A stretch of DNA of 64,000 bases. Source: Alphaproteobacteria bacterium. Lineage in GTDB: Bacteria; Pseudomonadota; Alphaproteobacteria; MPNO01; UBA830. The notes below the pieces were generated by a model. That model worked only from the letters and a program-made list of their open reading frames with translations, did no database searches and was not told where the DNA came from. This document shows positions 44,300-53,122 of this stretch, piece by piece (within the stretch, counting starts at the first letter, position 1; each line of letters opens with the position of its first letter). The stretch is from contig OZ251539.1 of NCBI GenBank assembly GCA_965243135.1, positions 192,001 to 256,000 of the forward strand, written 5' to 3'. Position numbers and translations under genes: made by a program.

Positions 44300-45948
44300 C
44301 AGAAATTCCCGCTAAGGTGGCCGCCCTTTGCGAAAGGCGCGTCGAGATAGCGTCGTTACCGAGGGACCAGCCGCCGCGACGCACCTTCCCCGCTTCGGCT
44401 TGGTGCCGACTTAGCCTTGACCATCCTGTTTCCCCTGAAAAACTTGCTTTAGCACATTCGGTCACGGTGCCAGGTCAGGAGGTGTCGTAGGGAATTCCCT
44501 CTGCTTTCCGGTATCCAAACGCGATCATTCGGTAGAGTGTTTCCCAGTCCTTCAAGAAGTATTCGAGAAACAATCCCCGCGCCTTTTCCCAGAAGTAAAT
44601 GGGCCGCTTGGCCTTCGTTTGCGCCTGTTGGAACAGTTTGCAACATCGCTGTTGAATCTGGTCAATCAGGAACGCCAGCATCATCAGGAACGCAAAGACC
44701 GTCGACAGATTCTTGTTACCGTGACCGAAGTTGTGCTCAAAGCAGTAGCCTTGGTTCTTCAGGGTGTTGAAAGTTTCGTTCTCGATCTTCCAGCGCGCCC
44801 GCCCGGTGCGCATCAACTCCATCAGGTTCCCTTCGTCAATTGGCAGATCCGTGACCCAGGAGAAACGTTGTTTCTTGCCGTTTGGGAGCTTCTCCCAGTA
44901 TTCGAGAAAGTTCACTTTGAGGTCGAAGTGCGTATCGTTCAGAGGCACTCCGTTAAGATACCGGAATTCGTGCCGTATGTTGTCACCGTCCGTGAACTCC
45001 CGGCGCTCCACGGACGGCGCGTTGTTGACCCACTCGAACAGGAACTTGTGGTCGCCGGGCTTCGCCCCCAGTATGAAACGCATGTCTAACTCCTTGAGAA
45101 GATTGGCATGCGGTCCGTTCGAGGCCAGCCCATCTTCCAACACAACCAGCTTCAGGTGCGGGTGTTCGCGACGCACATCTTTCAGAAGCCGTTTCGCTGC
45201 GTTGCGTTCGCAATCGTTCTTTTTTGCGCCGTCTTCCTTCAGGATCGGTTCCGGTGCAAACGGAAAAACCTCCTTTTGTTCCGGATGCACCAGAACGGCT
45301 CCCAACATCTGGTGGTAGTAGGTAATCGTACCGTCGCGGTGGTGTTTCTCGCAGCAATTTTTACAGTGCACCTTGTCCGACGAGAAGTATCCCGTTCCAT
45401 CGATCGAAAGAGCGTAATGCCCGTTCAGACAAGTGTATTCTTCCAATCCCTTGCCTCGTTGCAAAACCTGGAACATCTTCGTGAAACAACGCCGCAATTG
45501 CCGCGGACAGACTTCGTCAAGCCGTTCGCGCATCGCAGTGTCCGACGGCACGCGCTTGACGCCGTATAAGGTCGCGAGGTTGTGCCGAACCACTTCGTCG
45601 GCGTGCGCGGCCTCGTCGAATTGCAGAAGCGACGCATACTTCATACCGAACACCGCTAGACCCGACATCAGACAGTCCGTCTGGTTCAGCCCCCTGCTCG
45701 CGATCGGATCTTCGATACGGTCGAAACAAGCTCGCACTTCCTTCAGCAATCCCGGAGCGCTGAGCGTCTTGCGCATGCCTGGCATTCTGGCCATTTTGGT
45801 TACAATCCCGCCTCGCCTTCGGACCACTTTCCAGAGAAAAATGCTCCGCTCGAAGGCAAATAGCCCCGAATCACCTCGAAAAGTCCACGAAAGACTTTTT
45901 TCCGGCCCCATATTTTTCAAGGGTTTCGAGCCTTAGCGGGAATTGCTG
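44300..45948 (-). mobile_element. Complete insertion sequence, 1649 bp (DDE, ISNCY-like)
   Basis: 18-bp TIRs cagaaattcccgctaagg (44300-44317) and ccttagcgggaattgctg (45931-45948), 17/18 match; 9-bp TSD ttgaaacgc at 44291-44299 and 45949-45957; lower GC than the flanks. Confidence 0.95.
44475..45794 (-). CDS. DDE transposase
   Basis: SIDGTG (D1), LEDGL (D2) and RARWKIENETFNTLK (E) motifs, plus C..C...H; apparently intact. Start taken at ATG 45794 (uncertain). Confidence 0.92.
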   Translation of the reverse strand: MARMPGMRKTLSAPGLLKEVRACFDRIEDPIASRGLNQTDCLMSGLAVFGMKYASLLQFDEAAHADEVVRHNLATLYGVKRVPSDTAMRERLDEVCPRQLRRCFTKMFQVLQRGKGLEEYTCLNGHYALSIDGTGYFSSDKVHCKNCCEKHHRDGTITYYHQMLGAVLVHPEQKEVFPFAPEPILKEDGAKKNDCERNAAKRLLKDVRREHPHLKLVVLEDGLASNGPHANLLKELDMRFILGAKPGDHKFLFEWVNNAPSVERREFTDGDNIRHEFRYLNGVPLNDTHFDLKVNFLEYWEKLPNGKKQRFSWVTDLPIDEGNLMELMRTGRARWKIENETFNTLKNQGYCFEHNFGHGNKNLSTVFAFLMMLAFLIDQIQQRCCKLFQQAQTKAKRPIYFWEKARGLFLEYFLKDWETLYRMIAFGYRKAEGIPYDTS

Positions 45949-46083
45949 TTGAAACGCCAGCCCCATGCCGCGGCCCGGGCGTACGGAGCGGCGATATCCA
46001 GTTTGGCATCGGCCCGAGCGCCCGCCGAACACCTGTGCAGGAAGTCGCGGCGTTGCACCGCGATGCCCTCCGCGCAGGCAGCG

Positions 46084-46250
46084 CCGTTTCCGCATTTCAA
46101 ACCCGTTTCGGAGGCGATGCGCGCCACGTTGAAACAGCAAGGCATTCGCGTGGGTCTCCCCTTCCCTGCCGCTCAAAGCTGTCGAGCACGAGTGCGGTAC
46201 AGTTGCGTCATCGTGGGTGGCATACCAGCGGGAGCGCTACGGCTACGGGT
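46084..46250 (+). pseudogene. 3' fragment of a second PGN_0703-like nuclease gene
   Basis: Aligns to 37855-37960 (FPHFK.VSEAM.ATLKQ) and continues to VEHECG...WVAYQRERYGYG*. Confidence 0.65.
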
Positions 46251-46539
46251 AGCAATGCCCACGGGATGACCGCTGCGGTCGTCCGACCGCCTCCCCCCGC
46301 AACTGCCCGCCCGCGTTCAGGCCACGGCCCGGCTCGCCCCGGGTTGCGGTGCCGCGGCGACCGGATATTCGTTTTTTGCTCTGATGTCTGAGCGTCCGCG
46401 AGGCCCTTGCGGGTTGCCGGCGGGGGAACGGAGCGGTTCGCAGCGCGCCGACCCTGTTCCACTTCCTGCAGCCGGGTCCAATGTCCGCCGAGCGCAGCGT
46501 CCCGAGCCGCACTCCGGCGCTTCGGCGACGGCAACCGCG

Positions 46540-46809
46540 CTCTCGGAGACGCCGGCCGCTTCCGTGCGGCGGCGGCCGCGAAACAGCCCGAACGCTGGCC
46601 GAAGACGAGGGCCTCCGGCAGCGCGTTTCCGGAAAGCCGGTTGGCGCCGTTGACGCCGCCGACCGCCTCGCCCGCCGCGAAGAGCCCCGACACGCAGACC
46701 TCCATCTCTTGTCGGCGAGGAGCGCGCGGGCGCCGTTCCGCGCCGCCGAGGCGTACATGCCCGCGCCTATGACAAGGACATCGGTTTCGAGTCTTGCCGT
46801 TTCTTTCAT
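46540..46809 (-). pseudogene. Internally deleted FAD-dependent oxidoreductase (SdhA/NadB flavoprotein-like)
   Basis: N-terminal MKETARLETDVLVIGAG... is joined almost directly to the C-terminal GLFAAGEAVGGVNGANRLSGNALPEALVFG; several hundred codons are missing. Confidence 0.75.
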
Positions 46810-46850
46810 GCTTCCATTGTCCCCGACCGTAAACCCGTCGCGGCGCCGCG

Positions 46851-46997
46851 CGGACGGCGCCTCGTCCTGAATTCCGGCTTGCGCGAGCGCACGAGAGTCT
46901 TCCGGCGAGAGCCGCCGCAGCGGACGGCGCCTCGTCCTGAATTCCGGCTTGCGCGAGCGCACGAGAGTCTTCCGGCGAGAGCCGCCGCAGCGGACGG
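46851..46997. repeat. Perfect 70-bp tandem duplication
   Basis: 46851-46920 is identical to 46921-46990, followed by the partial unit cggacgg. Confidence 0.95.
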
Positions 46998-47059
46998 GCG
47001 GCCGTCGGCGAAGCGCGCGACGGCGCGAGCGGTTCCGCCGGAGAAGGGGTCGACATGAC

Positions 47060-47084
47060 CGTAACGATACGTTATATCATTACG
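47060..47084. promoter_or_regulatory. AT-rich palindromic operator, Zur-box-like
   Basis: cgtaacgata-cgtta-tatcattacg is an imperfect inverted repeat in a GC-rich context. The core GATACGTTATATCATTAC resembles alphaproteobacterial Zur boxes. Confidence 0.5.
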
Positions 47085-47219
47085 AATAGTTGCCAATCTC
47101 ACGGAAGGACCACCGAGGAAGCCGGGAACCTTGGCGACCGTCGCTGCGGCAGCCCTCCATTCGCCTGCCATGGCGCAGGACTCCTTCGAGGAGCGCCTCG
47201 CGGAGCGGTGCCATGATTC

Positions 47220-47247
47220 TTGACGTCGCCGGCCGGCGCGGTACACT
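47220..47247 (+). promoter_or_regulatory. Putative sigma70 promoter of the lipoprotein gene
   Basis: TTGACG (47220-47225), 16-nt spacer, TACACT (47242-47247), immediately upstream of the 13-bp array. Confidence 0.65.
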
Positions 47248-47257
47248 GACGTGGAAT

Positions 47258-47682
47258 TCTTCACGGGGCCTCTTCACGGGGCCTCTTCACGGGGCCTCTT
47301 CACGGGGCCTCTTCACGGGGCCTCTTCACGGGGCCTCTTCACGGGGCCTCTTCACGGGGCCTCTTCACGGGGCCTCTTCACGGGGCCTCTTCACGGGGCC
47401 TCTTCACGGGGCCTCTTCACGGGGCCTCTTCACGGGGCCTCTTCACGGGGCCTCTTCACGGGGCCTCTTCACGGGGCCTCTTCACGGGGCCTCTTCACGG
47501 GGCCTCTTCACGGGGCCTCTTCACGGGGCCTCTTCACGGGGCCTCTTCACGGGGCCTCTTCACGGGGCCTCTTCACGGGGCCTCTTCACGGGGCCTCTTC
47601 ACGGGGCCTCTTCACGGGGCCTCTTCACGGGGCCTCTTCACGGGGCCTCTTCACGGGGCCTCTTCACGGGGCCTCTTCACGG
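47258..47682 (+). repeat. Tandem array of 13-bp units (TCTTCACGGGGCC) x32 plus a 9-bp partial unit
   Basis: Perfect units directly visible, with no spacers. Confidence 0.97.
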
Positions 47683-47700
47683 ATCAAGAGGACCCGTTCG

Positions 47701-49911
47701 ATGACGATGTACAAGCTATGTCTGGCGCTGGTCTGCGGCGCTGCGCTGGCGCTGGGCGCCTGCACCGAAACCAAGACGGTGCGCGTCCCCGACCCGGAGG
47801 CACTCGCGGCCGAGCGGCAGAAGACGGCCGCGGCCGAGGCCGCGTTGAGCGCTCTCCGCGCCTCGCTGGCCGAGGCTCAGGCGGCGTTGGGGGCGACCAC
47901 CGATCCCGGGCAGCGCGAGGCGGCCGGCGCCGTGGTGGAAGAAGCCCGGCAAAATCTGGAGGTTTTTCGCGAACGTCTGGCGGCGCAGCCCGACAGCGGC
48001 GCGAAGACGGCGGCCTCAACGGCGCTGACGGCAGTCGATACCGCGCTGGAGACGGTCGCCGACGTGCTGACGGCGGCCGACGCGGCGCTTCCCTCCGGGG
48101 GGCCTGTGGCGCTGGCGAGCATGCACACGACGCTGGACCGGGCGCAGGCCGCGCTGGACGACGCGCAGACGAAGCTGACGGCGGCGCTGGATGCGAACCC
48201 CACTCCGGAGATCCGGACCTTGCTGCTGCAGGCCCAGGTCACGCTGTCCACGGCCCAGATTTCCCTGGTGCCGCCGCTCCGTCAGGAACTGGCGCAGGCC
48301 GAGAGCGCCGCCGCGAAGCACGAGCGCGACGCCGCGGAGCAACGGGCCAGGGCCGACGCGTACGACCCGCGCGTATCCCTGGCCGTTGCGCTCGAACCGC
48401 GGGAGCCGCGGTTCGTGCCCAGAGGCGAGGCGGACATCGCGCGCACGCCGCGCACCGACACCGGAGAGACAGGCTGGACGAAACTCGCCATCGCGACGGA
48501 CGGCGTCGCCTGGGCTGCGGGCAAACGGGTCGGGGCCGCGAGCGGCGGCCTCGCCGCGACGGACGAACTGCCGCTGCGCGCGGTGACGCTGCGCGCCGTG
48601 GGAAGGCATCCCGTCCGGATCCAGGGCGACGACGGCACGCCGACGTCCTATTCCAACACCGACGGCGTGGTGACGAGTTCGCTCCAGCTGTCCGCCGACA
48701 GCGCGACGCTGAAATTCGGCGGCGAAGGCTTGGTCTATTACGACATGCAGAGAACCTTCGACTACTTCAATGACGCCGACGGCACGCCCGACCACAACTC
48801 TTGGTGGAGGTACGGCCCGGACGGGAAGCTGGGCGACGCGAGCGCGGCGCAGGGCGACGCGATAACCGCCTCCCACGCCAGAGACCTGGGCCTGGAGGCG
48901 GCGACCGGGACGCTGACGGCGGATCAGGCGACCGCGCTCCAGGGCTACGAGATGGACAACGCCGGCGCCTGCTGGAGAGATCCTCTCTCCGATTGCGGCG
49001 ACTGGGCCCACGACGACCTGACGATCGCCTTCGGCCAACCGTCGCAGTCGCCCCACGGCGATCCGTCGTATTATTGGAAGGTGCGGGCTCCGTTCACCCA
49101 AGCGCAGCACGATACGGGCCTTCCGCCGAACCACGTCGAGGGGTCTGGCGACGGCCGGTCGCAGGACCTCGGAACCTACGAGCTGTGGCTGTCGAACTAT
49201 GGCGGCCTCGACGACGTCGGCGACGACGCGCACCGCTACCTCGAATACGCGGCCTACGGCCTGTTCACGTTCTTCGACAACGTCGTGCAAACGCCGAACT
49301 TCCTCCGCCCGCATGCATTCGCCTTCGGCTACGACGCCTTCAGGGACGCGGACGGCATGAGGACGACGGACGTCGCGACGTCGATCGCCGCCACGTTCAA
49401 GGGCCGCACCATGGCGCGCGCGCTGATCAATGGCGGGAGCGAAACCCACGTCACCCTGAGCGGGGCGACGCCGCTCAGGGGCGACGTCACGCTCAACGCC
49501 TGCATCGGCGGCAGCGGCTGCACCGGCGACGGCATTCCCGCCGACTCCAACAAGATCAGCGGCATGATCTCCGGCCTCGAGGAACTCCGCCACGACGGGG
49601 TGTGGATTCCGTACCGCCCTGCCGCCGGAGGCATCCCGATGGCGGAGGGCGAGATCGCCGCCGACGGCAGCTTCGGGGGCAAGCTCGATCATCCGCGAAT
49701 CGCTGATGGCACCCTGAATACATGGGACTTCGACGCCGACATCCGGCCGGGTCAGTACTCTGCTTCCAAATACGGCGGCAATCTCTACGGTCCCAGGAAC
49801 GGCTTGGAAGCCGCGGGCTGGTGGCACATGCAGAGCGACCACCGGGGTCGCGCGCTCCGCAGTTCGCTCATAGGCAGTTTCGGCGCCAGGTGCACGGAGG
49901 GATGCGATTAG
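47701..49911 (+). CDS. Surface lipoprotein with N-terminal helical/coiled-coil region and C-terminal TbpB-like beta-barrel domain
   Basis: RBS AAGAGGA at 47686-47692; signal peptide MTMYKLCLALVCGAALALGA|C (lipobox LGAC); C-terminal pattern YAAYG.F...ATFKGRT.A...GDVTL...ISG.IS...YGGNLYGP...EAAGWW...IGSFGA, typical of TbpB-like/Slam-substrate lipoproteins. Confidence 0.75.
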   Translation: MTMYKLCLALVCGAALALGACTETKTVRVPDPEALAAERQKTAAAEAALSALRASLAEAQAALGATTDPGQREAAGAVVEEARQNLEVFRERLAAQPDSGAKTAASTALTAVDTALETVADVLTAADAALPSGGPVALASMHTTLDRAQAALDDAQTKLTAALDANPTPEIRTLLLQAQVTLSTAQISLVPPLRQELAQAESAAAKHERDAAEQRARADAYDPRVSLAVALEPREPRFVPRGEADIARTPRTDTGETGWTKLAIATDGVAWAAGKRVGAASGGLAATDELPLRAVTLRAVGRHPVRIQGDDGTPTSYSNTDGVVTSSLQLSADSATLKFGGEGLVYYDMQRTFDYFNDADGTPDHNSWWRYGPDGKLGDASAAQGDAITASHARDLGLEAATGTLTADQATALQGYEMDNAGACWRDPLSDCGDWAHDDLTIAFGQPSQSPHGDPSYYWKVRAPFTQAQHDTGLPPNHVEGSGDGRSQDLGTYELWLSNYGGLDDVGDDAHRYLEYAAYGLFTFFDNVVQTPNFLRPHAFAFGYDAFRDADGMRTTDVATSIAATFKGRTMARALINGGSETHVTLSGATPLRGDVTLNACIGGSGCTGDGIPADSNKISGMISGLEELRHDGVWIPYRPAAGGIPMAEGEIAADGSFGGKLDHPRIADGTLNTWDFDADIRPGQYSASKYGGNLYGPRNGLEAAGWWHMQSDHRGRALRSSLIGSFGARCTEGCD

Positions 49912-49996
49912 CGCGGAATGAGCATGGCGAGTTCGCAAGGCCGAACCGTCAAGCGCGACCTCCACGCCGCCGCTCCCAACTGCATCACGACCCGGA

Positions 49997-50335
49997 ACGC
50001 CGCCCGCGGCAGCGGCAACGGCGAGTTCGACAGCGGGATCAGCTTCGCGATGCGCTTCTGAAACCCCGGCGGCGGGCCGGCAACGAACGCCGGCCCGCCG
50101 CCTTCCCCGGACGGACGACCCGCCGCCGGCCCCAGCGAAAGGCGCGGCTCCGCGACGGAACGGGAACCTTCGGCGCCGTGGTTCCGTCCGTCTCGAAAGC
50201 TTCACGAGCCTCCGGCAGCGGAAACCGGTGCGACGGCGCTGCGACACGCTGCCAGGCGCCGGACGGCATCGCGAAACTCCCGGTCGGCGGAGCCGACGAT
50301 TTCAAGCTCCCTGTCGAGATCCGCTTCGCGCGGCG
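49997..50335 (+). pseudogene. Remnant autotransporter C-terminus (AARGSGNGEFDSGISFAMRF*) plus duplicated downstream flank
   Basis: Paralogous to 42571-42895; only the last ~20 codons of the gene remain. Confidence 0.8.
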
Positions 50336-51226
50336 CGATCGTTCCAGGCTGCGCGAGTCCGCCGTCTGGCGCGCGCAGGCAGTCCCTCATACCGGTGCCT
50401 GAGGCGGCGGCGAAGAAACCGCTGCCGCGCCCGAGCTTCTCAGCCGGTTTCCGCCTTCAAGCGCCGTTTCGCCTGCGCCGACGCGCGCCGCGATTTCAAG
50501 AAGGTGGGAAGCGGTCACGACGATTCGTTCGGCGCCCCGCGGCGCTAAGGACCCCGGCTCGCAGACCGCCGTTTGCGACGCGGCGACCGTCACTCGTTTT
50601 CGGCCTTCGGCCCGCCACTCTTCCGCCGTGCGTTGCGCGCGACCGACGGACGAGGGGCTTTGCCGCCGGCAACGGCCCGGCGGGACGAGGCGCGCCAGGA
50701 AGCGGAAACGTCGCGCGGAGGCGGGCCGGCAGGCGACGTTCCGGAGAACGCAGCGCGCGCGCCGAGGCGGCGCGCAACGAGCCGCCTGAAGTCGGCTTCT
50801 TCGGCGAACGAGCGGGCCGCCCGCGGCGAAGCCGGGGAAGCGACTCGACGAACGCGGCAACGCCCGCGGCGCGCAAGCTTGACAAGTTCGAGAGCGAGCG
50901 CGCCCAAGACGCGCAGGAGAGCGGCGCGGAACGAGAAGCCCGGCGGGGGGCGACAGCCCGGGTCGCCGTCGCGCGGACGCGTGCCGCGCTTGCCGGGTTT
51001 CCGTCCGCCGTCCGCGGCAAGCCTTGCGCGAGAAACGGAGAACGAGAAACGGAGAAAAGGTCGCTCGTCGAGTTTCGCGCCGCGGCGTTGTCGCCGGCCC
51101 CCGTTCGACGCCGAAGCGGGAGGCGCGCCGGTGCCGCGGTCGGTCGCGAACGACGTCGCCGGTACTTGCGCCCCGCGCGACCGCGACAGTCGCTCGACTT
51201 CGAGGTTTCGCCGGCGGGGAAGGCCG

Positions 51227-51790
51227 TCAGGCGCCCTTCGTTCCCGCCCCGTCGTCCGTCGGCGTCGTTCGTTCGGCGACGGTTTCCGGCGCGGCGGTCT
51301 GGCGGCCGGTTATCAGCGCCTTGAGCGCCGTCATGCTCTCCTCGTGGCGGCGCTCTTCGGCTTCGCGCTGCTGCTGCATGGCTTGCAGCATGGCCTCGTG
51401 GCGGCGCTCTTCGGCTTCGCGCTGCTGCTGCATGGCTGCGCTCTGCTGCTGCATGGCCGCGCTCTGCTGCTGCATGGCCGCGCGCTGCTGTTCCATCGCT
51501 TCCTCGTGGCGGCGCTCTTCGGCTTCGCGCTGCTGCTGCATGGCTGCGCTCTGCTGCTGCATGGCCGCGCGCTGCTGTTCCATCGCTTCCTCGTGGCGGC
51601 GCTCTTCGGCTTCGCGCTGCTGCTGCATGGCTGCGCTCTGCTGCTGCGTAGCCGCGCGCTGCTGTTGCCCGCGTTCGTCGCTGGCGCGGACCATCGCGCG
51701 GATGCCATACCAGATGCCGACGGCCGCGATGGCGGCCGCAAGCGCGTTGACGGAAGCGACGGCGAGATTGGCGATCGCGACGGCACTCAT
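51227..51790 (-). CDS. Small membrane-anchored coiled-coil repeat protein (cassette passenger, copy 1)
   Basis: RBS ggaaagga before ATG 51790; hydrophobic N-terminus ending GIWYGIRAM; repeated [16 protein letters not shown] units; paralogue at 56164-56721. Confidence 0.8.
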   Translation of the reverse strand: MSAVAIANLAVASVNALAAAIAAVGIWYGIRAMVRASDERGQQQRAATQQQSAAMQQQREAEERRHEEAMEQQRAAMQQQSAAMQQQREAEERRHEEAMEQQRAAMQQQSAAMQQQSAAMQQQREAEERRHEAMLQAMQQQREAEERRHEESMTALKALITGRQTAAPETVAERTTPTDDGAGTKGA

Positions 51791-51821
51791 GAGCGTCCTT
51801 TCCGGAGACGGTTCCGGAGAC

Positions 51822-51850
51822 AGTATCCGCGGCGCCGATGCGATCGTCAA
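51822..51850 (-). promoter_or_regulatory. Cassette-borne sigma70 promoter (copy 1)
   Basis: TTGACG-17 nt-GATACT on the minus strand, identical in both copies. Confidence 0.65.
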
Positions 51851-52244
51851 GAGAGACGAGGGAGAGACGTTTGCGCCAGGGCGGGAACGGGGCGGCGGCG
51901 TTCATTGCCCGTCCTCGGAGCGGCAGCAGGGGCGGCGCGCAGGACGACCCGCAAGCGGCGAAACGCCTGAACTCCAGGTTGCGGTTCCGTCGAACGGGAG
52001 CGTCGTCCGGTCGAGCGAGGCGGACCCGTCGAACCTCCAGGGTTCGGCCATGGGCGGAAAGCCCGAGGAAACATGCAACCAGCGTGGGCCCGCCTGGAGG
52101 CGGAACGGGCAGGTCGCCCCGCGACCGAACGCTTACGTTCTGAACGTCGGATCCGTCCTCTGCGAACCCGACGCCGGCGCGCGTCGAGAACGTTTCGACC
52201 TGACCGGAAATTTCGCGCGCCGGCGGCGCGGCGTCCTGAGGCGG

Positions 52245-52272
52245 TTGACAGCCCGGAGAGCGCCCCTATATT
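52245..52272 (+). promoter_or_regulatory. Putative rpsD promoter
   Basis: TTGACA (52245-52250), 16-nt spacer, TATATT (52267-52272); RBS GAGGAG before ATG 52326. Confidence 0.7.
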
Positions 52273-52325
52273 GCGGCGCTTGCCGGTCGAGCGTCGCCGG
52301 CGGAAAATGGCGAGGAGACCGGCGC

Positions 52326-52943
52326 ATGTCGAAGCGCGTCCGCTCGAAATACAAGATCAATCGGCGTCTCGGATGCAATCTGTGGGGACGCCCGAAGAGT
52401 CCGTGGAACCTCCGCGAGTACGGCCCGGGCCAGCACGGCCAGCGCCGCCGCAGCAAGTTGTCGGACTACGGCCAGCAACTTCAGGCCAAGCAGAAGCTGA
52501 AGGGATACTACGGAAACATCACGGAAAAGCAGTTCCGGCGGACCTACGAGAGAGCGGTCAGGCGGCGGGGCGATACCGTCGAGCTTCTCATCGGACTGCT
52601 GGAACAGCGGCTGGACACCGTCGTCTATCGCCTCAAGTTCGTGCCCACGGTATTTGCGGCGCGCCAGTTCATCAACCATGGCCACATCAGGGTCAACGGC
52701 AAGCGGGTCAACATACCGTCCAGTCTGGTCGGTCCGGACGACGTGGTCGAGGTCCGGGAAAAATCCCGCGAACTGCCGTTGGTGTTGGAGGCCGCGGGCC
52801 TGCCGGAGCGCGACGTGCCGGACTACCTGGAGGTCGACCACAACAAGATGCAGGGCAGGCTCGTCCGCATTCCCCAGTTCGCTGAAGTCCCCTACCCGGT
52901 GCAGATGGAGCCGAATCTGGTCATCGAATACTATTCGCGGTGA
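52326..52943 (+). CDS. rpsD: 30S ribosomal protein S4
   Basis: [26 protein letters not shown]...[28 protein letters not shown]...[13 protein letters not shown]...IEYYSR; alphaproteobacterial type. Confidence 0.98.
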   Translation: MSKRVRSKYKINRRLGCNLWGRPKSPWNLREYGPGQHGQRRRSKLSDYGQQLQAKQKLKGYYGNITEKQFRRTYERAVRRRGDTVELLIGLLEQRLDTVVYRLKFVPTVFAARQFINHGHIRVNGKRVNIPSSLVGPDDVVEVREKSRELPLVLEAAGLPERDVPDYLEVDHNKMQGRLVRIPQFAEVPYPVQMEPNLVIEYYSR

Positions 52944-53122
52944 CCCTCCCCTGCGCGGGGAAGGCGGCCGGGGGAGCCGGACGGGCCGCTCGGGGCTCCC
53001 CGCTGGCGCGGCGCGGCGGCGCAAGGTAGATTCCGGTTCGGTCGAACGGGATTGTCCCGTCCGCGACGTCAATGGCCGGCTCCCGTCGCCCGGGTGCCGC
53101 GCCGGGCAAAGGGAGAAGTGGA

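Larger units (their letters stand above)
50630..52136 (-). mobile_element. Non-autonomous passenger-gene cassette, copy 1 (outer end degenerate)
   Basis: Inverted homologue of 55803-57225; keeps the TIR cgaacgcttac at 52126-52136; no second TIR or TSD found. Confidence 0.8.

Noticed and set aside
47258-47682. Possible CRISPR array
   Set aside because: Contiguous identical 13-mers with no spacers, and no cas genes in the window.
47251-47700. 150-aa repetitive N-terminal extension of the lipoprotein as given by the ORF track
   Set aside because: The RBS and lipoprotein signal peptide point to ATG 47701. The GTG at 47251 is only 3 nt after the -10 box, so it is unlikely to be transcribed. Kept only as an alternative hypothesis.
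51024-52325. Apparent 430-aa N-terminal fusion to ribosomal protein S4
   Set aside because: It is the antisense reading of the cassette repeat gene. rpsD has its own promoter, RBS and canonical start at 52326.
52326-52943. rpsD outside a ribosomal protein operon
   Set aside because: A stand-alone rpsD is normal in Alphaproteobacteria.
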